Positions 28,964 to 41,566 of a DNA stretch of 64,000 nt are shown piece by piece. Position numbers and translations under genes: made by a program. The notes beneath the pieces were generated by a model that saw only the letters and a list, made by a program, of their open reading frames with translations, searched no databases and had not been told where the DNA came from. Position 1 is the first letter of the stretch. Each line of letters opens with the position of its first letter. Origin of the DNA: the human T2T-CHM13v2.0 reference genome, Homo sapiens; the NCBI RefSeq assembly GCF_009914755.1, contig NC_060925.1; one strand, 5' to 3'.

Positions 28964-29961
28964 TAAAAGTTATTAAGAAGGTGGCATGAAGAAATAGGGG
29001 CAGAGGCAGACCCGTCTGTGCTAGGATTCCAGCCCCATCCTGACTACATGTATGACCTAGGAAATGTTAAAATGTTACTTGACCATTTTGTGCCTCCATT
29101 TCTTGACTAGACACAAATCACAGTTTAATGGCAGTTTCCGAAGAGGTGGCAAAGAGTAGCATATATTTAGAAAACGTTACAAGACAGGAAATTAAAACCA
29201 ACATGGGAGTTAGCTTCTAGTGACAGCTCTGGACTGGAGAAGCACTTATTTTTAGGCTTTCTAAACCTTTGCAATTTATTTCAGGGGATTCAGGGAAAGA
29301 GCATGGATTTTCCTAAAGGGATGAAATGAGCTGCAAAGCATGAGTCATCACCTGACCTGTGTGATTGTCTTTTGCTGACTCTTCAGTTAAATGTTCCACA
29401 GGGCATTTCCTTGCTTCCTGGCAAAGTTTACAGTTTGGGGAGTGGAAGAAACATCAGGGACCTCTTCCAGGAAGACTATTGAGTAACTATGACCAGGTGC
29501 ATCCCATGGCGACGGCCGCCCTGGGTGGAATGGTTAGGTCTTGCATTAGTGCGGTGTTACTTGATGAGGATCAGGGGCTCCCAGACAGGCATCTGGGTTG
29601 GTGACAGAAGATGGTGGCCCTCCCTGGAAGTTTAACAAGGATGTTGGGAAACTGGGAAATGAATTCCCTATTCTCAGCTCATCAGAGATGGTTACTTTAG
29701 GCTCTTCATGGAGCTGTCTGCACCCGCAGTTTAACTGTGCATTTGATGTCTGGGGCCCTGAGCTGAAATGGAACCTGCTGGTCCAGCCTACAGTCCATCC
29801 CCTGCTCACTCAGATGCTTCAACAGAGGAGCCCATGGGACTGGACAGATGCACATTAACCCACCAGGGCCATAAATATAGTCATAAAATGGTGGTTCAGA
29901 CCAGATGAATAGCAAGCCTACACAGTGCTTCTCATTCTGTATCTATTAGTACAATATGAGG

Positions 29962-30317
<356 letters not shown>

Positions 30318-32424
30318 TAAATTTTTATATATCACAGAGAAAAGTCAAAGTGCAACAGAAAAGCAAAACAACAAACAATGCAAACAGACAAATAACATGA
30401 AGAACTTTCCAAATATTTTTCTTACTTCAACCACTGCTGTATTATTTGTCCTCATTGAAATGCTCATTGTTTTTCTTATTTCGCTTCAGAATTGTCTCCT
30501 TTGGCTAAATTGATGGCAATCATGGCCTTGCCTTTCAATAGCTCAATAATTTTGGCTATTCTTAAGAGATATGGGTGCAATGATACATAGATATTTTTAA
30601 GTTATCTAAATTTCTGTTTTTGAAGATTCCATATACTGTGCTTTTATTATTATTGCTTGATAAATCTCTTAGCTAAGGAATTGTTGTCAAATTTCTTTCT
30701 CTAATCATGCATCTATGTTTGAAATGTCCTGGTATTTTCATCATATCTCACCTTCCTGGAGCCGCATTCTTTTACCCTTCTTTGAGCCATCAGTGAGTGT
30801 TGTAATCTCTCCCGTCCCAAAACCAGAGCACCTTCTTGGGCAAACAAATGTTTTCCCAAGTTCTCATGGTGTTCCCAAACTACTTCCTCCCACTCCATGA
30901 TATGCGTATATTTTATTCTTTTAAAAAACTAATCATCTTGATTTACTAGTTATTAAACACTTTTTATCTTCAGAATTTACCATTTTAATGGTCTTCTCTG
31001 CTTTTCTGAAAGCCACATTTCACTGGTATTTTTACTTAAGTAAAAGGCAGTGAAAGGATTGTCAAATATAACTCAAGTATTAATTAAAATTCAGGTAAAA
31101 ATATCTATTGCCACAAAAATACAGAAGTTACATCAAAATGGCAACCACCAGCTTACACCCTATTTATTTTAAGCAAAAAGTTAGTATGTGAAAATTTTAA
31201 GATATGGGCCAGCACCCCATGTGGCAACCCACTGTGGTGAGACTTGATTCATATCACATTAATTATAATTCTTTGTGGAAATAAATATTAACATACACAA
31301 GGCATGACCCCCTCCATTCTCTTATTTCTTAAAACTGGTTCTGTGGGTTGTAACCAATGATTTAGTTACATTACGTCCCTTATTGCAGTGTTCCTAACTT
31401 AATGTTCTCTCTCTCTTTTTCCCCTGTCTCTTTCTCTCTTCCTCTTCTGTTTTTCAGGCTTAGACTTTCTGTCTTTTTCCTTTGGTGCAAACACAGTTCT
31501 GGAAAAGATCAGCTTGGCTTCACAGAATATATTGTCATTATTTCCCATTTTTCTTTCTCTTGGGACATACACAATTCGGATTCTAAAATGCATCACTATG
31601 TACCTCTCCTCATTCAAAATGTCTGAGAATATCAGGGCAAGCTGAACTGCTCATGAGACCCTGCTTAAATGATTTGATACACTGACTGTGACATCTTATT
31701 ATTTAATTTCCATGTGCTCATATCTTCCCCAGTAAATTGTAACTTTCTTGAGCCTGCAGCCTATTAATCTTTATAAGCACCTCCCACCCAAAGTCTAACA
31801 CAATGTTTTACACTTAGATGCTCAGTATGTCTTTATTGAAGGAATAGCTATCCCACTTAGCTGTAATTCTCTTCAAATCCAGGTGGACATTTTCCAGTTT
31901 CAAGACCTATATTCTGTGTACGTTTTAATCCATGGCCCTTGCCAAATTCTCTCCTTATAAAATAGTGATAAATCAATGTTTCCCCTGCCAATATTTCACT
32001 GGAAAACATGATCTAGGTAGCAACGGGGTAGCAGGCTGTGTGGGTGTGAGACGCTGCAGCATTTCTCAGCTACTCTCTAGAAAACCGGCTTCAGAGCTCT
32101 CCCAGGATATGCCATTATTACTTCCCTGCCAAAACCTGCTTTTGCTTCTTCACTCTAGAAATTAGAATCATTTTGGATAGATCTTTAGGCTCACGATCTG
32201 GATTCATTACCATCCGTCCCACAATTTCATCTAATTGTGATTTTAATTTTTTATCAAAGTAACACAGAAACTGTTGAACAAAAACACTGTTTTATTATAG
32301 GACTTATAATAAAAGAGCAGTTCCCTCACCACACTTTTCTATTTCCCAATTCCCACACCTCAAATGGCATCACTTTTCACTCTCTCAGCTATGTCTTGTG
32401 ATTTATACTTTGTCAAAGACAGAT

Positions 32425-32754
32425 AGCACCTGGTCTTTGTTCCAAATGCTCTAACAAAATACATACCATAGACTGGCTGACTTATAAACAACAGACATTT
32501 ATTGTCCACCGTTCTGGAGCTGAAAGTCCAAGATCAAGGCTACCTAAGATGGCTGTCATCTTACTCCAGACTCACATGGGTGAAGGAGCTAGCTGGCTCT
32601 CTAAGGCCTCCTTTATAAGGGCACTAATTCCATTCATGAAGGCCTCACCCTCATGACCTAACCACATCCCAATGATTCCACCTCCTAATCACCTTGGGGG
32701 TTAGGATTTCAACATATGAATTTTGTGGGGGACATAAGCGTTCAAAACATGACA
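32425..32754 (-). mobile_element. MLT1A/MLT1A0 MaLR LTR
   Basis: TAACAAAATAC..ATAGACTGG..TTATAAACAACAGACATTTATT, TTTATAAGGGCACTAAT and TTAGGATTTCAACATATGAATTTTG. Confidence 0.85.
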
Positions 32755-34152
32755 GATTTAAAAAAATAGTTTTTCATATTTCAAATTTAGACATTGTCTT
32801 TAACTTTCTATCATAAAAGATGGAATTTGGCTCTTCCCCATGCCCCCAAAACACATATACACAGTCCCACACCCCCACTGTCCCTGAACCCAGTTATGTT
32901 GTTAAAATCAATTGTGGGAGTTTATATTACTTTGATTGCATAATTATTATTTACAGTTGAATCATGTAAAGCAATATTGTTACATTTCCTTTCTTGTAAT
33001 TAGTGAAATTAATTCTTGTCCTTTTTGCTCATTTTTCTGTATTATGCTAAATCATCCTTAAAATTTCCCACAGAAATCTAAATTTCCTCTCAAGGTATTA
33101 AAGCCATCAAGTGATTTTTTTTCCATTTTCATTTCCATTTATTAGTTTATTATTATTATTATTATTATTCAACATCTCTCTCCTGGAGCTGTCTTTCAGC
33201 TTCAGTCTGCCCTGGTTGTTCTCTTGGCCAGATACTCAGCTGACATCCAGGGACTCTCCTTATCCACCATCCTGTGAGTTCCCTTTGCCCCTCTCCTATG
33301 TTACATCCCTGATTCCTAAACAACGAATCTCCTTTTTTAGTTTACTCTCTCATTTTGGTGGAAGTAATTTTTAATTTTCAGAGCTGTAACAGGAACAAAT
33401 AGAGATAACTTTTTTGAAGGTCTGAATGTCAGAAAATATCTTTATTATGTCCCAATACTTGTTTGATGGTTTGGCTGAATATAGAATTATAAGTTAGAAA
33501 ATATTTCTCTTAGAATTTTTGAAGACATTACTCAGTTGTCTTCAAATTCCCTGTGTTCTTTTTGAGAAACCCCGGCCATTCTGATTCTCAATAATTAAAT
33601 GTGACTTGAGGTTTATGTTTTGTTTTGTTTTTGGAAGATTTTAGGATCCCCTTTATCCCTAAATTCTACAGGTATGCCTTACTAGTGGGCAAGGTCCCAC
33701 TTAGGGTGGGTCCTTTCTAATTTCAACCATTATCCTGGAGAATTACTTTTCAGTCTGGAAACTCATATGCTTCTATTTGAGAACTTTTCTTGTATTATTT
33801 CTATGATACTTTCTTCCCCTTCACTTTCCATGTTTTCTCTTTCTGGAATGTCTACTAGTCAGATATTAGATCTCCTGGATGAATCCTCCATTTTATTCAT
33901 TCTCTCTCACTTTCCTTGTATTTGTCTTTTAGTTCTCACATTTGGAGAGAATTTCTTACTTTATTTTCTAATCCACTTATAATTTAGAAAAACCTATGTT
34001 AACATATTTTACTTATCAAAGTTCAGTCTAGTTTTATGAATCTGAAAACATATTCTCTTGCTCTATGGTTGCAATATATTCTCTGCTTTCTTTGAGGATA
34101 AAAATTATACACATTTTGAATATTTCTTCTCCTTGTGTTTCTCTGTTTCATA

Positions 34153-34258
34153 TTTTAGATGGTGTCTGTTGCTATGTTGCCCAGGCTGGTCTCAAACTTC
34201 TGGGCTCAAGCAATCTGCCTCAGCCTTCCAAGTAGTTCCATTCCATTGTACATGGCTA
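34153..34258 (-). mobile_element. Alu monomer (FLAM-like)
   Basis: CTATGTTGCCCAGGCTGGTCTCAAACTTCTGGGCTCAAG, single arm. Confidence 0.75.
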
Positions 34259-34726
34259 TTTATTGTTATCTTTCATAATAGAGATCTTGATCAAATGTCT
34301 AGTAAACCTTGTCTGTCTTTTTATATTTAAGAGAAAGGAATTAAAAAGCTGAAAGCAAACTCTGTATGTGGAGGGAGGATCTGTTGGCAGATGGGTTTTA
34401 CCGTCAGAAAGCCAACTTTTTCACTGGGAGACACCAAAATGTCCATATATATAGATTGTTTTCTATTTGACCATCCTTTTTTGCTTCTTTTCTTTCCTGC
34501 CTTCTTTTGGATTGATTACATATATGTTATGATTCCATTATGATTGCTCAAGTATTGGCTCAAGGAGTATACTTCTTGTCTTACTTTTCTATAAGTTGCT
34601 TTAGGGCTTAAAATATACATCTCTGATTTATTACAGTCTATCTTCAAGTAATATTAGACAACTTCCTGAGCAGAATTTTGTTCTCTTCTTAACATTATTT
34701 CTTTCTTTCTTTTTCCTTCTATTTCA

Positions 34727-34894
34727 TTTTTTTGAAGAGATGGAGTCTTGTTATATTACCCAGGCTGCAGTGCTGTGGTTATTCACAGATGTGATCACTG
34801 TGCACTGTGGCCTCAAACTCCTGTGCTCAAGTGAGCCTCCTGGCTCAGCCTCTCAAGTAGCCGGGACTGTAGGTGCAGGCAATGGTGCTCAGCT
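34727..34894 (-). mobile_element. FAM (fossil Alu monomer)
   Basis: Retains the 7SL-derived GG(C/T)TATTCACAG segment that dimeric Alus lack. Confidence 0.8.
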
Positions 34895-35089
34895 GAGTTC
34901 ATTTGCTCTTACTGAGTTCATTTTTCTCCCTGATAAATGTATGAAAACTATAAAATTCTCTCTAGGTATGCTTTTATTATGTCCCTTTAATTTTGACAAG
35001 TAAATAACTCACAGTAATTCAGTTCTATGTGTTATAGCATTTCTTATGATTTATCTTCATCTCAAGTGTTTGGGATAGTATTTTTTTTT

Positions 35090-35400
35090 TAGTTTAGTTT
35101 GTACAACTTAGTTTCAGTATTTAATTTAGTTTACTTATTAGCTAAGTCATTTAGTTTTATTTGTTTAGTTCCTTTTAATTTAGTTTAGTTTGTTAGCATA
35201 GTTAAATTAGTACTTACTAATCAGTTACTAATTTTTAACATTTTAGTCTTTTAAATTATTTTGATCCACTATTTAAACATTTAGCTTATTATTTAGTGTA
35301 ATATTTAGTATGTTACTGACATTTTTCAGATACCTTTAGTATTGATTTATAATTATTGTTACTAGTATGATGTTTATTATATTTTATTATTATTATCTTA
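35090..35400. repeat. AT-rich degenerate (TTTAG)n-like low-complexity tract within old antisense L1
   Basis: Many TTAG/TTTAG(T) units, very low GC. Confidence 0.6.
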
Positions 35401-36099
35401 TGATATTTTCATTTGGAATTTCTTGATGCTTATTTTATGGCTTCACACGTGGCCAATTTTTCTGACTATTCCATTTTCACTCAAAAGAGAATGTTTTCTA
35501 CATCTATTGAGGGTTAGTATGTACACATAGTACTTATACATTAATCTTATTGATTGTATTATTTAGATTCATCTATTTGTTAATTTTTTCAATGAATGTT
35601 CAGTACCTACTTTTTTGTTACACACTGTTCTAGGCATATGAGGTGGTGAGCAAAACAAAATTCCTGCCTTTCATGGAGGCAATATTTTGCTGGTGCTGAT
35701 AATAAATTAGTAAACAACACATTACATCTTACACACATATATGTGGTAGTGATAACTGCATTGGAGAACAATAAAGCAGAATAAGGGTGATAGAGAATTC
35801 AGGTCATCTGTGGTCAGAGTTAATTCATGAAGGCTAGATTAGGAAAACCTCTCTGAAAAAAATGATAATTAAACTGATCTTTTATAGACGTATTTATTTT
35901 CCTTTGCTTGACCTGTTGGTTTGAAATGGTATATTAGAAATCCCCAAAAACAATTAGTGCTGTTTTCACCAGTATCTAATGTCCCTTTTTGATTGGTATG
36001 ATATGTTTTTTTTGTCTCAAGTTCTATTTTGTCAGATATTAAAATTTGAATACCATGTCTGTTTTGATCCATATTTGTATATCTTTCTCAATCTGGGTC

Positions 36100-36319
36100 A
36101 ACCACTTGGGTTTGAATCTCAGCTCTGCCACTTACTACTAGTTTTTTTTAAATCTTGGAATGATTACGTAACCTTTATGCTTCAATTTCCTTATCTAGTA
36201 AATGGGGATATTAATAGGAACTACATTATAGTATTGTTATGAGGATTAAATGAGTTAATACTTGGAACAGGCTTAGAACAATGCCTGGCACATAGTAAGT
36301 GCTACAAAAGTTAGTAGCT
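36100..36319 (+). mobile_element. MIR
   Basis: GGGTTTGAATCTCAGCTCTGCCACTTACTA..GTAAATGGGGATA..GAGGATTAAATGAGTTAATA..CCTGGCACATAGTAAGTGCT. Confidence 0.85.
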
Positions 36320-36659
<340 letters not shown>

Positions 36660-37615
36660 TCAAATCTTTCTGTTTTCTTTTGTTTCAAGTTTGTCTCTTG
36701 TAATAACATATTAGGTTCTTCTATTTTTTAAATCCAGTGGGTGCTTTAAAATCCATTTACATTTACTCTGATTACTTTTATTATAATAAAAAATACTTCT
36801 GACATCTTATTTAACATTTTCCATTTACTGTACCTTTTGAATTTTTTCCTTCATTTCTTATTTTTCATTGGATAGATGATGTTTTTCTCCCAGCTTGAAA
36901 CATAAACTATTACCTTTTTGAGAAAATATGTCCTTCCCTTTTCCTAGTATTTCTATTATTTCTTAGTCATTCTCTGGTATACACATTTTGTGTCCTGTCT
37001 TATAAGTGGTTATGTATGTTTTGATTTTCAGTCTCATAATAAATCCTCTGTTTGTCTTCTTATTTCACCTGCAGTACTACACAGTGCCTTTACACATCCA
37101 TGGCTTTGACTCCCTTTACCCGTTAATGACTTGCACATCTATATATCTGTCTCAAATTTCTATCCCAATCATCTTAAACCAGTGCATTCACCTGACCTGG
37201 GCATCCCATTTGCTTGGCCCTCAAACATTTCACACTCGAAACATCCAAAACTGAACATGTTGCTTGTTCTGTGTTCCCTTTCTCCAAAAATGGTAATGCC
37301 ATGTTGACAGTTGCCCAAGCCATCACTTTGACTCCTCTTTCTCCTTCTTACTCTATGTCTAATACATTACCAGGTCCTGTCAATTTTTATTCCTAAATCT
37401 GGCTTGAATGTATATGCTATTTTCCCTCCATCATCATGGGTCTAGATTACTGTAACAACCTTCAGTATGACATTTCTATGCCTGGACTTCTCCTCCCCTG
37501 CCTACCCCAATACACTCTTCTACCCTACAAACTGAATGATCTTCACAAAACAAAGTTCTGATGATGGCATTACCCACTTAATACTCTTCGATGGCATCAT
37601 ATTGCACTTTGGGTT

Positions 37616-38177
37616 TGTTAGAAATGCTTGTTCCCTGGTGCTGTAAAGAAATAGCACTTTAACATAAATTTAATTTCCTCAGCAAGCCCATTTTTTTACT
37701 TTCTGCAGAAAGGGTACACTCACCAGCAGTTTTGCCAAGAGAGTACACCGAACAAAGGAGACAGGGTAATTAATAACCTGACATGTCCACCCTATTGCTG
37801 CGTCCGGTTTCCATTGGCTGGAACGTGACCTCACATTCTGTGTTTGTCCCAACTGGCTAGCAACTTAGAACTTTTTAAAAGAGGCAAAGGCAGAGGAGAA
37901 CAAAGAAAGGAGGAAGTAACCTGTGGTATGCTGAGAAAGGTAAAAACACCTTCAAATAAGGAAGAGGAACAGGCTATGACCTAATGCTTGCTTGTACCAG
38001 TATAAGCATGCCAGGGCAAATATTTAGGCTAAACTGTGGGAGTTAAGAACATAAAGTATATTAATTTCTTTATTACGGCTAGCAGATATCTAAGAATGTT
38101 AGCACAGAAGTTACTATTTATTCCTAATTAGATGGGAGGAAAGTCTTTGAAGAGGAACCTCTACTTTACTTTTTACA
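37616..38177 (-). mobile_element. LTR10-family (HERV-I, ERV1) solo LTR, LTR10C-like
   Basis: Minus strand starts TGTAAAAAGTAAAGTAGAGGTTCCTCTTCAAAGAC; TG..CA ends; perfect TSD GGTT at 37612-15 and 38178-81. Confidence 0.88.
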
Positions 38178-38415
38178 GGTTAAATGTTAACAGCTTTATA
38201 TAGCTTAAAGGTCTCGGTGTGAGCTGAGGTTCCTGTTAACTCTCAGCTTTTCCTCTCCCAAACTTCGTAGAGAAATTTCTTCAGCCCCTCAAACATATCA
38301 GGATTTCCTCTTACCGTCATACTTTCTCACGAGTTGTTTCATCTTCCTAGAACACATTTTCCCTTCCTCTTGGTCTGGTGAAATTTAACTCAACCTTCAG
38401 AAATTTTACTCAACG

Positions 38416-38504
38416 TTTCTAATATTTCTACTATTTCTTATTCATTCTCTTGTATACACATTTTGTGTCATCTCTTATGAATGGTTATGTATGTTTTGAT
38501 TTTC
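38416..38504 (+). repeat. 89-bp dispersed copy of 36941-37029
   Basis: Ungapped alignment with 9 mismatches in 89 bp. Confidence 0.92.
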
Positions 38505-38896
38505 CCTTCCTCTCAGCCTGGTGAAATTGTACTCAGCCTTCACACCTCAGGTTAGATGTCATTTCCTATGAGAAGCCCGCCTCGTTCAGGACGTCCATGA
38601 TCTCTCACAGCCTTCTGTGTTCCCTCCTCAACACGGTGTTTTATAGCTTTTTAAAAAATTCTGTGATCATATTATGCTCAGCAAACAGAGAGAGACTATT
38701 CTTGTTCCCTGTGCCTAGGATGTGCTTGATGTATGGTAAGTTCTCACTAAAATGCTTTGACTTGAATTGCATATCCATGCTGTACTGCAGGTTCCTGGGA
38801 TTCTTTTAACTCTACAAATTTCTCTCAAATTTATCTACTAATTGTCTTCTTAGAGACAACTAATACATTTCTAGTTGTATACTTTATTGTTGATAT

Positions 38897-39479
38897 AGTT
38901 AGGAATGGGTGCTCAGTGTCGCAAAAATCAATGCTGAGACAAAAGACCTCTCAGCAAGGCTAGTTTACTTTCTGCAGAAAGAGTGCTGCTCACTAGCAGT
39001 TTTGCCATGAGAGCACACACGAACAAAGGAAGCAGGGTCATTTATAACCTGACGTGTCCACCCTACTGCTGTGTCCAGTTTCCATTGGCTGGAACGTGAC
39101 CTCACATTCTGTACTTGTCCCTATTGGCTAGCAACTTAGAACTTTTTAAAAGAGGCAAAGGCAGAGGAGAACAAAGGAAGGAGGAAGAAACCTGTGGAAT
39201 GCTGAGAAAGGTAAAAACACCCTCCAAATAAGGAAGAGGAACAGGCTATGACCTAATGCTTGCTTGGACCAGTATAAGCATGCCAGGGCAAATATCTAGG
39301 CTAAAATGTGGGAGCTAAGAACACAAAGTACATTGATTTCTTTATTACGGCTAGCAGATATCTAAGAATGTTCACACAGATCTTTGAATAAATTTTGCTT
39401 CTAAGAGAAGTTACTATTTAATGCTAATTAGACAGGGAGGAAAGTCCCTTTGAAGAGGAACTCTACTTCACTTTCTACA
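38897..39479 (-). mobile_element. Second LTR10-family solo LTR with a different U5 end
   Basis: Highly similar to 37616-38177 except at the + strand left end; perfect TSD ATAT at 38893-96 and 39480-83; the terminal T is mutated to A. Confidence 0.88.
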
Positions 39480-39699
39480 ATATCTACATTTACAGAAGAA
39501 TTCTGTATTGTTTACAAAGTAATTTTCCATGGATGATCTCATTGAATTCTCTGTGTTCCTGGGATGTAAATATGAATAATTAGGCTTCTAGTGATAACAG
39601 TGAGAGAACCGAATTCCAAAGAAGTTAGTGACATGCATAATAAGATCAGAGTTGAGACATCTATTCAGGTCCTCTGCTGTGCTCATTCTCAAAAAAATG

Positions 39700-40965
39700 T
39701 TTTTGGTAAAATATACATAACATAAATGTAGCATCTTAATTTTTTTTTTTTTTTTTTTGAGACGGAGTCTTGCACTATTGCCCGGACTGGAGTGCAGTGG
39801 CACGATCTCGGCTCACTGGAACCTCCACCTCCTGGGTTCAAGCGATTCTCCTTGCCTCAGCCTCCTAAGTAGTGGGGATTACAGGTGCCCACCACCACAC
39901 CCTGCTAATTTTTTTGTATTTTTAGTAGAGACAGGGTTTCACTATGTTGGCCAGGTTGGTCTGAACTCCTTGTGATCTGCCCGCCTCGGCCTCCCAAAGT
40001 GCTGGGATTACAGACGTGAGCCATCACGCCTGGCCAATCAACTATTTTTAAGTGTACATTTTAGTAGTGTTAAGTACATTAACATTGTTGTGCAACCAAT
40101 CTCCAGGACTCTTCATATTGCCACACTGAAACGACATTAATCAAACAACTTCCCTTTCCCTTCTCCCCGCAGCTCCTGGCAACCACCATTCTATTTTCTG
40201 TCTCTATGAAGTCCCCTATTCTAGATATTTCCTATAAGTGGAATCATACAGTCTTTTTCTTTTTTGTGAGTGGCTCATTTCACAGCATAATATTTTCTGT
40301 AAGTGTCATCCATGTTGTAGCATGTGTAAGAATTTTCTTCTGTTTTACCACTGAATAATTTTCCATTGTATGTATATACTGCATTTTGCTTATCTATTCA
40401 TCCAACACTTGGGATGTTTTCACTTTTTAGCTATTGTGAATAATGCTGCTATGAACATGAGTGTACAAATATCTCTTCAAATTCTTCCTTTCAATTCTTT
40501 TCAGTATGTACCTGAAGTAGAATTGGTGTATCATGTGGTAATTCTATTTTCAATTTTTTGAGGAACTGCTGTACTGTTTTTCATGGCAGCTACACTGTTT
40601 TACATTCCCACCAACAGTGTACAAGCGTTCCAATTTCTCCATATCCTTGCCAACACTTATTATTTTATCTTTTTTATGGTAGCCATTCTAATGGGTGAAA
40701 GATGGTTTTAATTGGCATTTCCCTAATGATTAGTGATGTTGAGCATTTTTTATGTGCTTATTGACCACTTGTATTTCTTCTTTGGAGAAATCTCTAAGTC
40801 CTTTGTCCATTTTTTAATGGGATTTGTTTGCTTTTTTGTTATTGAGTTGTAGCTATGTTTTCTGGATATTAAGGTCTCATGGAATAAGGGCCCACAATCC
40901 CACAATATTCACAAATATCTTCTCCCATTCCATAGTTTTTTCACTCTGTTGATTGTGTCCTTTGA
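39700..40965 (-). mobile_element. L1MB (L1MB3-like) 3' region, interrupted by Alu
   Basis: CATTGTTGTGCAACCAATCTCCAG, CCTGGCAACCACCATTCTA, GTGAATAATGCTGCTATGAACAT and TTACATTCCCACCAACAGTG. Confidence 0.88.
39740..40035 (-). mobile_element. AluS
   Basis: Reverse dimer nested in L1MB. Confidence 0.92.
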
Positions 40966-41257
40966 GCCAATCTGGTACTCTTGACATTACACTGTCTCTG
41001 TTTAGTTACAGAGGTGGTGGAAGGTGTAGATGGAGTGATAGCAATAGGACTCTACTCTTGTTATCAGACTAGGTTCACAAGGTCAAAAAGCAGCAGGGAG
41101 GGGATAGACCCCGAGCCACACAGTATGGGAATGTTGTGGGCTGGAGGGATGTGCTTTTATCCTGTCTAACATCAAGATTTATCATAGGGACTAAGGTAGT
41201 CCTAGGCCAATAGATGGGAGCCAAGTGATCCCAGCCGTGGTAAAAGAGGGGATGCCA

Positions 41258-41566
41258 GGCCAGGTATGGTAGCTTATGCCTGAAATCCCAGCACTTTGGG
41301 AGCCGGAGGCAGGGGGGTTGCTTGAGGCCATGAGTTTGAGATCAGCCTGGGAAACACAGCGATACTCTGTCTCTACAGAAAATCTAAAAATTAGCAAGGC
41401 ATGGTGGTGCTCACCTGTAGTCCCAGCTGCCTGGGAGGCTGAGATGGGAGGATCACTTGAGCCCAGGAGTTCAAAGTTGCAGTGAGCTATTCTTGTACCA
41501 CACCACTGCACTGCAGCCAGGGCAACAGAGTGAAACTCTGTCTCTAAAAAAAAAGAAGGAAAGAAA
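41258..41566 (+). mobile_element. AluJ
   Basis: TTGCTTGAGGCC and GGATCACTTGAGCCCAGGAGTTC J-type positions; highly diverged. Confidence 0.9.

Larger units (their letters stand above)
32245..34470 (-). mobile_element. HAL1/old L1 fragments, interrupted by MLT1A and an Alu monomer
   Basis: TTGATGGTTTGGCTGAATATAGAATT..TTAGAATTTTTGAAGACATTACTC..GCCATTCTGATTC, typical of antisense HAL1/L1 ORF1. Confidence 0.65.
37120..38765 (+). mobile_element. L2 fragments hosting the first LTR10
   Basis: TCGAAACATCCAAAACTGAAC, GGGTCTAGATTACTGTAACAACCT and CCCTGTGCCTAGGATGTGCTTG L2-like segments. Confidence 0.6.

Noticed and set aside
29365-29915. Cluster of overlapping 69-87 aa ORFs in unique sequence, with RFX- or CTCF-like motifs near 29505-29530
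   Set aside because: No recognisable homology or splice frame; only a half X-box and a poor CTCF match.
37616-39479. Single internally deleted HERV-I provirus
   Set aside because: Different TSDs and U5 ends, and a host-derived spacer.
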